DNA of 64,000 nt from contig CAWGLD010000007.1 in the NCBI GenBank assembly GCA_963823335.1, forward strand, positions 320,001 through 384,000, in the 5' to 3' direction. The DNA is from an uncultured delta proteobacterium. GTDB lineage: Bacteria > Desulfobacterota > Desulfobacteria > Desulfobacterales > B30-G6. The position numbers and the translations under genes are program-made. Positions 9,894 through 20,037 of this stretch are shown in pieces (within the stretch, counting starts at the first letter, position 1; every line of letters begins with the position of its first letter). The notes under the pieces are model-generated. The model was given only the letters and a program-made list of their open reading frames with translations. It had not been told where the DNA came from and searched no databases.

Positions 9894-10019
9894 GCCTTGA
9901 AATTTCACGAAGTGAGATTATTGCAGCCGCAAGGCGTCGGACCATGAAGCTGTAGTTTGCTACCGCGAATGGTCCGCAACACAGCGGATGCGGTAAGATC
10001 GTTTCGTGAAATTAAGGCT
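9894..10019. repeat. ~125-bp inverted-repeat (MITE/REP-like) element between tmcB and tmcA
   Basis: AGCCTTGAAATTTCACGAA ... TTCGTGAAATTAAGGCT ends with internal CGGACCAT/ATGGTCCG pairing. Confidence 0.6.
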
Positions 10020-11343
10020 TTTCCATTACCTCATACAATATGTCACTGATAAATTTTAGATCCAAACCGACTTCGTAGTGATGAACGATATCTTCCAACC
10101 CGCTGTGACAGTTATGACAAGGGGTAACCAGGGTCTTGGCACCCTTGGCCTTTACGGCAAACAACTGTTCCGCTTTGACCTTGTTGCCTAGGACGCGGGT
10201 CATTTTATAGGGTGGTCCACAATTAATTACACCGCCCCCGGCGCAACAACAGTAATTGTGCTCCCGGTTGGGATGCATCTCGACAAGTTCGTCACATAGG
10301 GTTCTGATCACGTAGCGGGCCTTTTCATGAAGACCGCCGCCCCTCACCACATTGCATGGATCGTGAAGTGTGACGGGCTGGTCATATTTCTTGGCGATCT
10401 TGATTTGTCCTGATTTGAGCAGTTCATAGTAGAAATCGATGGCATGCACGATGGGTATGGGAGGCTCTCTCCATCCAAGCCACCGGTTTCCCATGTCATA
10501 GACCGATCGGAAAGCGTGCCCGCATTCACCCATGACAATCCGTTTCACCTTCAGCCGCGAGGCCGCCTCATAGTGCGTCCGTTTGATACGCCCCATGATT
10601 TCATTGTCCCCGGTAAACATGGCCATATCACTGTTGTCCCATCCGATACCGGAGGGCATGGTCCAATCGACACCGGCCGCATTCATGATCACTGCCGCCT
10701 GGTATATCAACTGAGCCTGGAATTTCGGCTCAGGCGCAATGACGGAATACATGATATCCGCCCCCTCCTTGTCGAGGGGGATCCGCAGGGTGGGCATTTC
10801 GGCCTGAGCTTCCTCCTCCTGCCACTGAAGTGTGTCCGGCCACTCATCCCCCTTGACCCACATCTGGTTCATGGTGACGGCGTGGCTGTGAGCCGTATCC
10901 TGGATATACAGAGGCGTAACCCCCAGTCGATGGATGATCCGCCTGACAACGCTCATGATGTATGCGATATCGATGCCGAAGGGGCAGTACATTGCACACC
11001 GCTTGCAGAGGTTGCATTCCGTGTGCGATATGACGGCGGCCTTTTTGATGAAATCGGGTGACACCTTTCCTTTTCTCCTGAGCATCTCCCACATGGTCTG
11101 TTTGACCTTGCCCACAGGAGAGTAACGCGGGTCGTTGTCATGGGACAAATAGTAATGACATGCCTCCGAACACAACCCACAATGGATACAGGTATCTACA
11201 TAGGTCTTGAGACGTGCCCCGGTTTCATTGGCAAGGACGCTCTTGATGACCCCTTCTATCTTCTCGTCCGTAAGACTGGCCGCACCAACCTCGATTCCCT
11301 GGTCCAGTCCTTTGGGTTCTTCCTTCTTAGCAGGTTCAGTCAT
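10012..11343 (-). CDS. tmcB: TmcB Fe-S protein (HdrD/CCG-domain family)
   Basis: CIHCGLCSEAC, CNLCKRCAMYCP, GECGH, HDPC, CCCAGGG. Confidence 0.9.
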   Translation of the reverse strand: MTEPAKKEEPKGLDQGIEVGAASLTDEKIEGVIKSVLANETGARLKTYVDTCIHCGLCSEACHYYLSHDNDPRYSPVGKVKQTMWEMLRRKGKVSPDFIKKAAVISHTECNLCKRCAMYCPFGIDIAYIMSVVRRIIHRLGVTPLYIQDTAHSHAVTMNQMWVKGDEWPDTLQWQEEEAQAEMPTLRIPLDKEGADIMYSVIAPEPKFQAQLIYQAAVIMNAAGVDWTMPSGIGWDNSDMAMFTGDNEIMGRIKRTHYEAASRLKVKRIVMGECGHAFRSVYDMGNRWLGWREPPIPIVHAIDFYYELLKSGQIKIAKKYDQPVTLHDPCNVVRGGGLHEKARYVIRTLCDELVEMHPNREHNYCCCAGGGVINCGPPYKMTRVLGNKVKAEQLFAVKAKGAKTLVTPCHNCHSGLEDIVHHYEVGLDLKFISDILYEVMEKP

Positions 11344-11382
11344 ACTGGTTGCCTCCGAGGGTTGTTATAACCATTTGTGGTA

Positions 11383-12042
11383 TCACCAATCTTTTGCATG
11401 CCTGACAGCGCCGAATTCCGATCCCATATAGGCCCGTGTGAAGGGGGCGAATATCATGTGACTCAGTCTTGTAAATGGGATGGCGGCCAGCATGATTTCT
11501 CCGGAAAGAATATGGAGATTGAGAAACAACGGATAATTGAACCACTGGTGATAGGCTACAAATCCGGTTACAAACGGTGCTGCAACAATAAGCAGAATCA
11601 CATAATCTGAAGCTGATGTGACATATTGAACCTCAGGCAGCGATATCCTTCGAATCAAATAAAAGACACAGGCTCCCACCACCACCAGGGTCATCATATC
11701 GGCCAGGCTGTCCGGTAGCGACCACCAGCTGATCTGCCAGGCTTCATCCCACAAAATGACGTGTGCCATAAGAAATAAAGGCGTCAGGATAAGACAGCAA
11801 TGAAAGGCGAATGTCACAATGGTCAAGACGGGGTGTTTCTTCCAGTTGGTCGTGGCAAAGGGGACAGCCCAGTGCAAAATGGAGCGTAAGCTGTATTTCC
11901 AGCTCATATAGGTGAAAATAAACTTTTCTTTCTTGTGTACCAGAACCAGCATCGCCGTCAGCCGATACAAACTGCCGAGAATGAAAATAAAAAACGCCGC
12001 CCAGGCCAATGGTCCGGTCAACAACCCATAAAATTCGTGCAT
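11383..12042 (-). CDS. tmcC: TmcC integral membrane cytochrome b (NarI-like)
   Basis: TM helices with His ligands (FH, AH, LH, PFTRLSH). Operon context. Confidence 0.9.
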   Translation of the reverse strand: MHEFYGLLTGPLAWAAFFIFILGSLYRLTAMLVLVHKKEKFIFTYMSWKYSLRSILHWAVPFATTNWKKHPVLTIVTFAFHCCLILTPLFLMAHVILWDEAWQISWWSLPDSLADMMTLVVVGACVFYLIRRISLPEVQYVTSASDYVILLIVAAPFVTGFVAYHQWFNYPLFLNLHILSGEIMLAAIPFTRLSHMIFAPFTRAYMGSEFGAVRHAKDW

Positions 12043-12053
12043 GCCCCCTCCCC

Positions 12054-13316
12054 TTATCGAGCGAATTCACCGACAGGTACCACCCGCCGGTAATAGGTGT
12101 TGTCTTCGATGGATCTGAGAAGTATCTTGTCACCCTCCGGGCTGAAAATCGGATCCCAGGCTGCATCGCAGATATGGGGGCCCAGCTGACCGTTCAGCGC
12201 CACGGCAAACTTTCCATTCTTTTCGATTTTCGCGGCCACATATTCCCCATCAGGGCTGAAAACCGGCTGCCAAGCCATATCAAAGGCGTTGGACCAGGGA
12301 ATGCCATCCGTTACCACATACCAGTTCCGGCCTTCCTTGGCCAAAGCCCCCACTCGTTTACCATTGGGGCTGAATACGGCATCGGTGACCATATCTCTGA
12401 AACTTTGTTTCCATGGCAAGCCATCGATAGCGACCGTCCAACGGCCATATTTGGGTGCCACGATAGCTGCTATTCGATCCCCTTCAGGGCTGAACATCTG
12501 GTGCCACAGTTGCACAAAGGGCCGGTCCCATAGAAATTCGCCATCCTGAGCCAGCATCCATTGCCCGCCCACGCGAACCGGAGCCACCACATGATGCTTC
12601 TTGGGATGGAACACCGGCTCCCAGACACAGTTGTACACACGATTCCAGGTCCGACCATCAACGGCAATGGTATAGTCATAGAGGCTTTGTCGAACCTCTG
12701 CAGCCAGGTGCTCGCCATCCGGACTGATGGTCAGGTTCCAGACATTGACAAATGTCGTATCCCAGGCTTTTCCCTGCAATGCCGCTGTAAATGTTCCCTG
12801 CTTGAATTTATGAATCTCACCCGAATCGGCAGCCACAACCTGGACGGCTCCCGCGGTTTTTCTTCCACAGTCGCTCAAGGCAAAATAAGTCATATTGGCA
12901 TAGGTCTCGTCCCATGGCTTTCCATCCAATACCATGCAGTAACGCATGTCCTGCTGGACGGCCACGGCCATACGGCCACTGTGCCTGCTGTAAAGTGGAT
13001 TCCATACATAGTCGAAGGTGTTTTCCCAGGTGGTCCCGTCTATGGCGACGGTCCATTGGCCCTGCTCCGACACCAGAGCGGCCAAACCTCCGTCCGACAA
13101 GAATCTGAGATGCCATATTTTATCATAATCGCTTTCCCATGTATCACCGTTCACACATACATTGAAAGCTGCCTCACCAATATTGACGATGGCGGCCACT
13201 TTTTCGCCATCCGGACTTGCATACGGCTCTTCAACCCATCCGAAGCGGTCTTGCCAGTCTGTCATGGGGATCTTTTTTTGGCCTGTCTCCCAGTCCCAAT
13301 CCCTGCCGTCGATCAT
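12054..13316 (-). CDS. tmcD: TmcD, Trp-rich beta-propeller subunit
   Basis: WDWETG N-terminus, repeated FSPDG/W..P.FSP units, adjacent to tmcC. Confidence 0.88.
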   Translation of the reverse strand: MIDGRDWDWETGQKKIPMTDWQDRFGWVEEPYASPDGEKVAAIVNIGEAAFNVCVNGDTWESDYDKIWHLRFLSDGGLAALVSEQGQWTVAIDGTTWENTFDYVWNPLYSRHSGRMAVAVQQDMRYCMVLDGKPWDETYANMTYFALSDCGRKTAGAVQVVAADSGEIHKFKQGTFTAALQGKAWDTTFVNVWNLTISPDGEHLAAEVRQSLYDYTIAVDGRTWNRVYNCVWEPVFHPKKHHVVAPVRVGGQWMLAQDGEFLWDRPFVQLWHQMFSPEGDRIAAIVAPKYGRWTVAIDGLPWKQSFRDMVTDAVFSPNGKRVGALAKEGRNWYVVTDGIPWSNAFDMAWQPVFSPDGEYVAAKIEKNGKFAVALNGQLGPHICDAAWDPIFSPEGDKILLRSIEDNTYYRRVVPVGEFAR

Positions 13317-13558
13317 ACGTCCCCCTTATTCCCACTTGAACTGACCCTCTCAGTGTGCTGATAATTTAGTAGCATCTCCTCAACACGAAAGATGCTAATT
13401 TATACAGAATATGTGCTGAAATAGCAACCTTGAACAGATTCCTGAAACGATTTTACCTGACCAACCGTCGATGCTTAAAGAACCCCTTGTCTAACACGAC
13501 GTTACATGCTATCAGAAGACATCGTTTCAGGAATTTCCCGGCAGCAATTTAGGGGGTA

Positions 13559-13747
13559 GAGACCTTTGAACCGCAGCAGCGAGCGCATTCCCCGTAGCTT
13601 GCTGCGAGGTTCTTCAAAAATGCTCAATTTCGTTATGGTTCAAGGAAGGCGAAATTTTTAACCGCAGGAATACATTGAGTATTTTGAGGATTAAAATTTG
13701 AGCCTGACACCGAAATTGAGCGAAACGGGGTGTTTTGCAAAGGTCTC
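13559..13747. mobile_element. MITE with GAGACCTTTG(C/A)AAAA terminal inverted repeats, interrupted by a 47-bp PATE-like element
   Basis: GAGACCTTTGAA|AAA at left (after removing 13571-13617) and TTTTGCAAAGGTCTC at right. Internal GCTCAATTTCG/CGAAATTGAGC inverted repeat. Confidence 0.75.
13571..13617 (+). mobile_element. 47-bp palindromic non-autonomous element (PATE-like)
   Basis: CCGCAGCAGCGAGCGCATTCCCCGTAGCTTGCTGCGAGGTTCTTCAA, preceded by TTGAA. Near-identical copies elsewhere. Confidence 0.75.
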
Positions 13748-13781
13748 GGTATTTTTTTGTTTTAACAAGGAGGGTAGCTCA

Positions 13782-14279
13782 ATGCCAGATGTAAGCAAGT
13801 ATGTACCACTGCTTGTGGTGATTTGTGTTGGAATCGTCGTTCAATTACTGCTGATCCCGCTCGATTGTATCAACAAGCCCCACAAAACAGCCGTTGCCTT
13901 TACAGAGGCTTATTTAAAAATAGACCCGTCCATGGCCAACTATTTATGCGAAGACAGCAAAACAGCCGATGATATCGACACGGTGACGCAGTATGTCTAC
14001 GACATGACAAAACAGGCCCGGGATCGCGGATTTAATAAGATCTACATCAAAAGCAAGCTCTACCATGTCATGACGCACACCACATATCTTGGCGATTCAG
14101 AAGCAACGGTTTCCATTTCTGCCGAGAGGAGAACCGCTATCAACCCGGTTTTTGCGTTAATTGCCAAGTTGTTTCACATAGGTGAAACCCACCCATTCGA
14201 TGAAACCTTAGAAATCGTCAAGGAAGACGGCAAATGGAAAGTCTGCGGATCTCCCTTGGCCTTGCATCAGAATGTCTGA
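13782..14279 (+). CDS. Hypothetical protein with N-terminal membrane anchor (possible DUF4878-like)
   Basis: RBS AGGAGG before ATG 13782, N-terminal TM helix, C-terminal VKEDGKWKVC. Confidence 0.75.
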   Translation: MPDVSKYVPLLVVICVGIVVQLLLIPLDCINKPHKTAVAFTEAYLKIDPSMANYLCEDSKTADDIDTVTQYVYDMTKQARDRGFNKIYIKSKLYHVMTHTTYLGDSEATVSISAERRTAINPVFALIAKLFHIGETHPFDETLEIVKEDGKWKVCGSPLALHQNV

Positions 14280-14287
14280 TTTAAGAT

Positions 14288-15058
14288 ATGGAGACGGTTT
14301 ACACAAGGATCCGGACTATAGCCCGTGAGATTGTCTCTAGATTTCCTACGCCCGATTTTTACAAAGAAGAAGCCGACGCCATCGCATCCTCTCGCAAGTT
14401 GATGCAGCAGAGCAGGCACATTTCCGATCTCAGAACCATCGTTACCAAACACCTCGAAGACGACTTTGGACATGGCCTGCAGCATGCCGTTAAAGTCAGC
14501 CTTGAAGCCGGCTCCCTGGCTCTGATCGAGGGGCAACGGATGCCTCTCTCCGATCTGACCATCGCCAGACAGGTCCTCCTGGTCCAATGTGCGGGACTGC
14601 TGCACGATATTCGGCGGAAAAAGAAAAATCACGCCATCAAAGGGGCTGAATTTACCAAAAAACTGCTCCAGGATTTTCCCCTGTCATCCCGAGAGGTGGC
14701 GGATATCTGCCTTGCCATTCAAAATCATGAAGCTTTTAAAAATAAAATTGAGATCGACTCAGCCCGGGGAAAACTCATCTCGGACTGTCTCTACGATGCC
14801 GATAAATTTCGATGGGGCCCGGACAATTTTACGGACACACTTTGGGAGATGGTCTCCTTTCTGAATCCGCCGCTGAAAACATTTATCGCGCACTACCCCA
14901 AGGGCATGAAAGGCCTCGAAAGAATCAAACAGACCTTCAGAACCCAGGCGGGACAACGATACGGCCCTCAGTTCATCGACATCGGCCTGGCTATCGGTGA
15001 AGAACTGTACCGCGTGATTCGGGAAGAATTTGTGCAGCCGCCGGCAGGAAGTTATTAA
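14288..15058 (+). CDS. HD-domain phosphohydrolase
   Basis: GHGLQHA, GLLHDI, NHE, LYDADKF. Confidence 0.88.
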   Translation: METVYTRIRTIAREIVSRFPTPDFYKEEADAIASSRKLMQQSRHISDLRTIVTKHLEDDFGHGLQHAVKVSLEAGSLALIEGQRMPLSDLTIARQVLLVQCAGLLHDIRRKKKNHAIKGAEFTKKLLQDFPLSSREVADICLAIQNHEAFKNKIEIDSARGKLISDCLYDADKFRWGPDNFTDTLWEMVSFLNPPLKTFIAHYPKGMKGLERIKQTFRTQAGQRYGPQFIDIGLAIGEELYRVIREEFVQPPAGSY

Positions 15059-15104
15059 CCTGCCCGAAGGCTCTCAGCAACACAACAAACACAATAGACA
15101 ATAT

Positions 15105-15298
15105 GGATCATCTCCCAAAGAGTTGATCCAAATTAAGGATTCAAGGATTCCAGGGGCCCAGGGGTCGAGTGAGATGAAGTGAGGTACCAGCTAAATGCTT
15201 AAGAATTATAAAGAGTTAAAGGTCTGGAAAACAAACACTTGAATCCTTGAATCCTGGACTCCTTGTACCCTTTCTCCCAACTTATTGGGAGAAGAACC
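15105..15298 (+). mobile_element. 194-bp MITE with ~21-bp TIRs, 8-bp TSD and internally deleted four-helix-bundle gene
   Basis: GGATCATCTCCCAAAGAGTTG...CAACTTATTGGGAGAAGAACC. Flanks GACAATAT/AACAATAT (7/8). Contains MLKNYKELKVW joined directly to LENKHLNP*. Confidence 0.8.
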
Positions 15299-15326
15299 AA
15301 CAATATAAACCATCAGGAGGCATTCT

Positions 15327-15980
15327 ATGGATCAACCGATCGATATGTATTGGAATATTAGATTAAATGAGACAAAAGAACAATTGGAAGCCAACAATTT
15401 CGAGGTTACCATCGCCACGGATATGTCCCATGCCAAAACCATTGTCCTGGAGAAACTCATCCCGCAGCTGAAACCCCAGAGCATCTCCTGGGGTGGCTCC
15501 ATGACATTTGTCGCCAGTGGTCTGTATCAGATCCTCAAGGATGCCCAGGACATGCAAGTTGTGGACACCTTTGACAAATCGCTTTCGGCATCGGAGTCGA
15601 TGGAACGGAGGCGCGCGTCGCTGCTGGTTGACCTCTTTATTACCGGAACCAACGCCGTTACAGAAGATGGACAACTGGTTAATCTAGACATGATCGGCAA
15701 CCGGGTCGGCGCCCTGACATTCGGCCCAAAACATGTCATAGTACTGGTGGGACGCAATAAAATTGTCCCGGATATAGAGGATGCCATGGCGCGTATCAAG
15801 GACTATGCAGCACCAGCCAATGCCATGCGTCTCGACAAGAAAACGCCCTGTACCAAAACAGCTTTTTGCCATGAGTGTAACAGCCCGGATCGCATATGTA
15901 ATACCTGGACCATTACGGAGAAATCATTCCCCAAGCACAGGGTTAAAATCGTACTGATCAATGACGTCATGGGGTTGTAA
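15327..15980 (+). CDS. LUD-domain (LutC/YkgG family) protein
   Basis: GGSMT, TGTNAVTEDGQLVNLDMIGNRV, GRNKIV, Cys-rich PC..C..C..C tail. Confidence 0.88.
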   Translation: MDQPIDMYWNIRLNETKEQLEANNFEVTIATDMSHAKTIVLEKLIPQLKPQSISWGGSMTFVASGLYQILKDAQDMQVVDTFDKSLSASESMERRRASLLVDLFITGTNAVTEDGQLVNLDMIGNRVGALTFGPKHVIVLVGRNKIVPDIEDAMARIKDYAAPANAMRLDKKTPCTKTAFCHECNSPDRICNTWTITEKSFPKHRVKIVLINDVMGL

Positions 15981-16097
15981 TAGTTTGAGGGTACAAGGGT
16001 TTGATGGTGGCTGACAGCTTATAGCCGATAGCAGCATCCCAGCTTCCAAACATCATAGCCTCCCAGCATACAAGAACCCTCACAGACGGAGGTAAGC

Positions 16098-17942
16098 ATG
16101 TCTGAACAGGTACATCCGGGGTCAAAGCAATCCCATGGCCAGCCGATCGCCCTGCTACTCATATGCCTGGCGATACTGGTCGGTGCCATGGCGCTGGCGT
16201 CTGCCGTACAAAGAGATTTCGGGAATGTCCATATCTCGAATGTGACTTTCCGTAACTTCAACGGCATAGCGGTCCGGGCAAAGCTGCTTGAGCCCGGAAA
16301 AAATCCTGGCCGACAGACATTTCCGGGAGTCGTCTACATCCACGGCTACCAGAACAATCGGGAAACAGGTGATGCATACTGCATCGAGCTGGCAAGAAGG
16401 GGCTTTGTTGTCCTGAATATCGATGCCATCGGCAGGGGCAACTCCGGGGTCCCCAACGACCCTTCCGCCCCCGACTTTGACAGCAGCTACGGTGGTCTTT
16501 CAGCGTTGAATTATCTTCGAGCCCTCCCTGGTGTCAATCCCCAGGCTCTCGGTATGATGGGGCACAGTCTGGGCGCGGAAATGGCCTACCAGGTTGCCAT
16601 GCAAAACCCATCGGTAAAAGCCCTTGTCATCACCGGATTCGCCTATACAGCTGCTGCGAATACATCCGTTCCCAGGAACATGCTGATGGTTATCGGTAAA
16701 TGGGACGAATTTCGTGATCGCATGACCCGTACCCGGGATATCGAAAAAGAGTGGATGAAGACCGACGAGACACGCAGGGTCATCTCCCATCCAAACCCGC
16801 AAACAGGTGTGACCTATGGTGAGTTCGAAGATGGTACCGCCCGCCGTGTGGTGGTACCGAACGCGATTCACATTCAGGAATCCCATAGTCGCCTGGCCAT
16901 CACAGAGTCCCTGATATGGATGAAGCAGGCCCTGTCTCCACCCGCAACCTTCTGGATCGACCCTGATCGCCAGATATGGCCTGTCAAGGAATGGGCGACG
17001 CTGATAGCCATGCTAGCCGGCCTGTGGTCGCTGCTCCCCCTGGGGTCCCTACTGGTCCGGATGTCGTTTTTCAGCGACCTCCAGGCGGCACCGTCAACCC
17101 GTTATGCCTGCAAAAGAAACACCTGCCTTGGATACGCCTTTGTCAACGGCTTGCTCATGTGGCTTTATTTGCCCCTTATTTTCGTTCTTTTCGGTATTCA
17201 TATTTATATCGTCCGTATCGACAAAGCCTTTCCCATGATGATGGTGAATGCCATCGTCTGGTGGTTTCTGTGGGTCAACGTAATTGGATTTGTCCTTTTT
17301 CGAAGATGGTTTAAGAAGAATCAAGTAGTTGAAAACCTGTCCCTTGCCGACCTGGGTGTTTCCTGGAACCCGGACCGGTTTTATCTCGATGGACGGTGTC
17401 TGGCTAAAACCGCCCTGCTGGCTTTTTTTCTGTTCGGGTTTGCCTGTCTGGGTGAACACATCCTGGAACAAATTTTTATCGTCGACTACCGTTTTATCTT
17501 CCCCTTTGCCAGTGATCTGACACCCTATCGCGTTAAGATGGCGCTTTTGTACTTCCCGTTTCTCCTGCTGGGTTTTCTTCAGACCGGTGTTTTCCTTCAC
17601 GGCCAAATGAGACGTCCGCAAAGATCCACACCCATTGCAACCTTTTTGCACGGGTCCTTCACAAATATCATGATCATGGTTCTTCCTTTGCTGCTATTTG
17701 CGGCTGTACAATACGTCCCCCTGTTCCTCAACGGTTTCATTCCCCTGGTGGGTCCGGGCGGTATGTTCGTTTCATTTGTCATCAACCTGTTGCATATCAT
17801 CGGGGTACTCATTGTGGTGATACCCCTTTCCACCTGGCTGTTTCAGCTTACCGGGAAAATCTATCTCGGCGCCATGACCAGCGCGGCACTGGTATCCTGG
17901 ATGTTTGCATCGTCCCAGGTGATAGCACCGATACCGATATAG
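16098..17942 (+). CDS. Membrane-bound alpha/beta hydrolase
   Basis: N-terminal TM, HGY oxyanion motif, GHSLG nucleophile elbow, multi-TM C-terminal domain. Confidence 0.85.
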   Translation: MSEQVHPGSKQSHGQPIALLLICLAILVGAMALASAVQRDFGNVHISNVTFRNFNGIAVRAKLLEPGKNPGRQTFPGVVYIHGYQNNRETGDAYCIELARRGFVVLNIDAIGRGNSGVPNDPSAPDFDSSYGGLSALNYLRALPGVNPQALGMMGHSLGAEMAYQVAMQNPSVKALVITGFAYTAAANTSVPRNMLMVIGKWDEFRDRMTRTRDIEKEWMKTDETRRVISHPNPQTGVTYGEFEDGTARRVVVPNAIHIQESHSRLAITESLIWMKQALSPPATFWIDPDRQIWPVKEWATLIAMLAGLWSLLPLGSLLVRMSFFSDLQAAPSTRYACKRNTCLGYAFVNGLLMWLYLPLIFVLFGIHIYIVRIDKAFPMMMVNAIVWWFLWVNVIGFVLFRRWFKKNQVVENLSLADLGVSWNPDRFYLDGRCLAKTALLAFFLFGFACLGEHILEQIFIVDYRFIFPFASDLTPYRVKMALLYFPFLLLGFLQTGVFLHGQMRRPQRSTPIATFLHGSFTNIMIMVLPLLLFAAVQYVPLFLNGFIPLVGPGGMFVSFVINLLHIIGVLIVVIPLSTWLFQLTGKIYLGAMTSAALVSWMFASSQVIAPIPI

Positions 17943-18077
17943 CCTTCGGCTGTCATTAGCGCTATGCGCGATATTTGCCCTTACGGGCGTCATTAGCGCT
18001 ATGCGCGTCATTAGTCCTGCGGACGTTATTTACCCTTTCGGGTGTAATTTATCCTGCGGATGACATTTGCCTTTCGA
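17941..18077. repeat. Array of 11-12-nt mini-hairpins separated by 7-nt GTCATT(A/T)-like linkers
   Basis: AGCCTTCGGCT-gtcatta-GCGCTATGCGC-gatattt-GCCCTTACGGGC-gtcatta-GCGCTATGCGC-gtcatta-GTCCTGCGGAC-gttattt-ACCCTTTCGGGT-gtaattt-ATCCTGCGGAT-gacattt. Confidence 0.75.
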
Positions 18078-18094
18078 ACTCTCGATCCTTGCTT

Positions 18095-18178
18095 TCCCCC
18101 TCCACCCCTCCAAACCTCTGACCCTCCAACCCTGCCTTCCCCCCTCCAACCCTCCAAAACTCAAACCCTCCAACCCTT
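18095..18178. repeat. Degenerate 8-mer tandem repeat (CCCTCCAA)
   Basis: Multiple ccctccaa/accctcca units. Similar tract at ~48450-48490. Confidence 0.7.
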
Positions 18179-18291
18179 TTCTTAATTGACACGTCTTTTA
18201 GATTTCACTATACTCTCCCAGAATTAATGAAAGTCGGTTTTCTCAGTTTTTCTGCAATCTCTACAAGATGTTATCAACAAAGGAGCGTATT

Positions 18292-20037
18292 ATGGCGGAC
18301 AGACCCTGGCACGGAAAAAAATGGCCCAAAGGTGTACCCTTGGAAATTTCCGGGTACGACAACCCCCTGTACAATATTCTGGACGAGTCGGCGGAAAAAT
18401 ATCCGAATAATGTATATACGATCTTTAACGATGCGACACGAACGTATGCCCAGGTAAAAGACACCGCCGACCGGATCGCCAATTTCCTGGTATCCAAGGG
18501 TATCAAGAAGGGTGACCGGGTCGCCATCTTTCTCCCCAACCTACCGCATTATCCGGCCATTTTTTTTGGTATCCTCAAAGCCGGTGCTGTCTGTGTAACC
18601 TGCAACCCTGTTTACACTGCCAGTGAACTGAATTACCAGTTGGGTGATGCAGGCGCCAAAATGGTCTTCTGCATGGATCATCCCCTCTTCTACCCCACAA
18701 CCGTCAAGGCCATCAAAGACACCAATGTGGAAAACGTGGTTGTCTGCAGCGTCAAATCTTATCTGCCCTGGATCAAAGGCTTTCTGGGGGGTCTGCTGGG
18801 TAAAATTCCCAAAGCGGAGAGCTATCAGACCGGTCATCTCTTTTTTGACGATGTGGTGGCATCTGCCCAACCGCAGCCACCTGTGATCGATATCGATCCC
18901 ATGAATGATCTTGCCTTGATCATCTATACCGGGGGAACAACCGGTCGCCCCAAAGGCGCCGCTCTCACCCACGCCAATTTTTATCACAATGTTCTGGCCC
19001 TGGGGGAATGGGGCCTGCTTCCCCATGAGCCCAATGGTGCGCCGGAAAAAATCCGCCACGGTGGCTTTCACACCTATCTTGGCGTATTGCCGTGGTATCA
19101 CAGCTTCGGCCTGACCGTGGCCATGCTTTCCGCCTGCGGCTCAGGCAGCAAACTGATCTGTATTCCAGACCCTCGTGCCGGCGATCCCCCATTTACAGAC
19201 GTCCTCAAGGCCGTCCAAAAATATCGACCCACATTGATGCCGGCCGTGCCTACGATTTTTGTGGCCTTTACCAATCATGCACTGCTGGATCAATTTGACC
19301 TGACATCCCTCATGGGTTGTTTTTCGGGTGGTGCACCACTTCCGCCCGAAGTCTGCAAACAGTTCGAGGATAAAACAGGTTCGATTATCTTCGAGGGTTA
19401 CGGGCTCAGTGAAACATCCCCTGTGGTCACAGCAAATCCCACCAACCAAAAGGATCGTAAAATCGGCTCCATTGGGTTTCCCGTACCCAGCACCGATGTG
19501 AAGATCGTGGATCTCGACACCGGTTTGAAGGAACTCCCCCAGGGTGAAGATGGAGAGATTGCCATCAATGGGCCACAGGTCATGCAGGGTTACTGGAACA
19601 AACCCGATGCAAATAAAGAGGTTTTCAGAGAACTCGATGGCAAGCGCTATTTTCTCACCGGTGACATCGGCCATATTGATGACGATGGATACATACTGAT
19701 CACCGACCGTAAGAAAGACCTGATCATCGTCGGGGGATTCAACGTTTATCCCAGAGAGGTTGAAGACACACTCTTTACCCATCCCAAGGTCGCCCTGGTC
19801 GCCGTTGTGGGTGTTCCGGATGCCAAGAGTGGTGAAATTGTAAAGGCCTACATACAACTGAAACCCGGAGAAACCGCAACCGAAGAAGAGATCACAGCCT
19901 TTTGCAAGGAAAACATGGCCGGATACAAACGCCCCCGCGTTATCGAGTTCCGGAATGAGGTGCCGGTGTCGAATGTCGGTAAGGTCCTGCGGCGGGTTCT
20001 GAGGGATGAAGAAATAGAGAAACAGAAAAACCAATGA
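18292..20037 (+). CDS. fadD: Long-chain-fatty-acid--CoA ligase
   Basis: [48 protein letters not shown] before ATG 18292. Confidence 0.9.
   Translation: MADRPWHGKKWPKGVPLEISGYDNPLYNILDESAEKYPNNVYTIFNDATRTYAQVKDTADRIANFLVSKGIKKGDRVAIFLPNLPHYPAIFFGILKAGAVCVTCNPVYTASELNYQLGDAGAKMVFCMDHPLFYPTTVKAIKDTNVENVVVCSVKSYLPWIKGFLGGLLGKIPKAESYQTGHLFFDDVVASAQPQPPVIDIDPMNDLALIIYTGGTTGRPKGAALTHANFYHNVLALGEWGLLPHEPNGAPEKIRHGGFHTYLGVLPWYHSFGLTVAMLSACGSGSKLICIPDPRAGDPPFTDVLKAVQKYRPTLMPAVPTIFVAFTNHALLDQFDLTSLMGCFSGGAPLPPEVCKQFEDKTGSIIFEGYGLSETSPVVTANPTNQKDRKIGSIGFPVPSTDVKIVDLDTGLKELPQGEDGEIAINGPQVMQGYWNKPDANKEVFRELDGKRYFLTGDIGHIDDDGYILITDRKKDLIIVGGFNVYPREVEDTLFTHPKVALVAVVGVPDAKSGEIVKAYIQLKPGETATEEEITAFCKENMAGYKRPRVIEFRNEVPVSNVGKVLRRVLRDEEIEKQKNQ

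Noticed and set aside
9894-10019. Rex operator (TTCGTGAA/TTCACGAA half-sites)
   Set aside because: Half-sites are ~95 bp apart and in the wrong order; better explained as inverted-repeat ends.
17941-18077. Possible CRISPR array
   Set aside because: The constant part is only 7 nt, the variable parts are 11-12-nt palindromes, and no cas genes are present.
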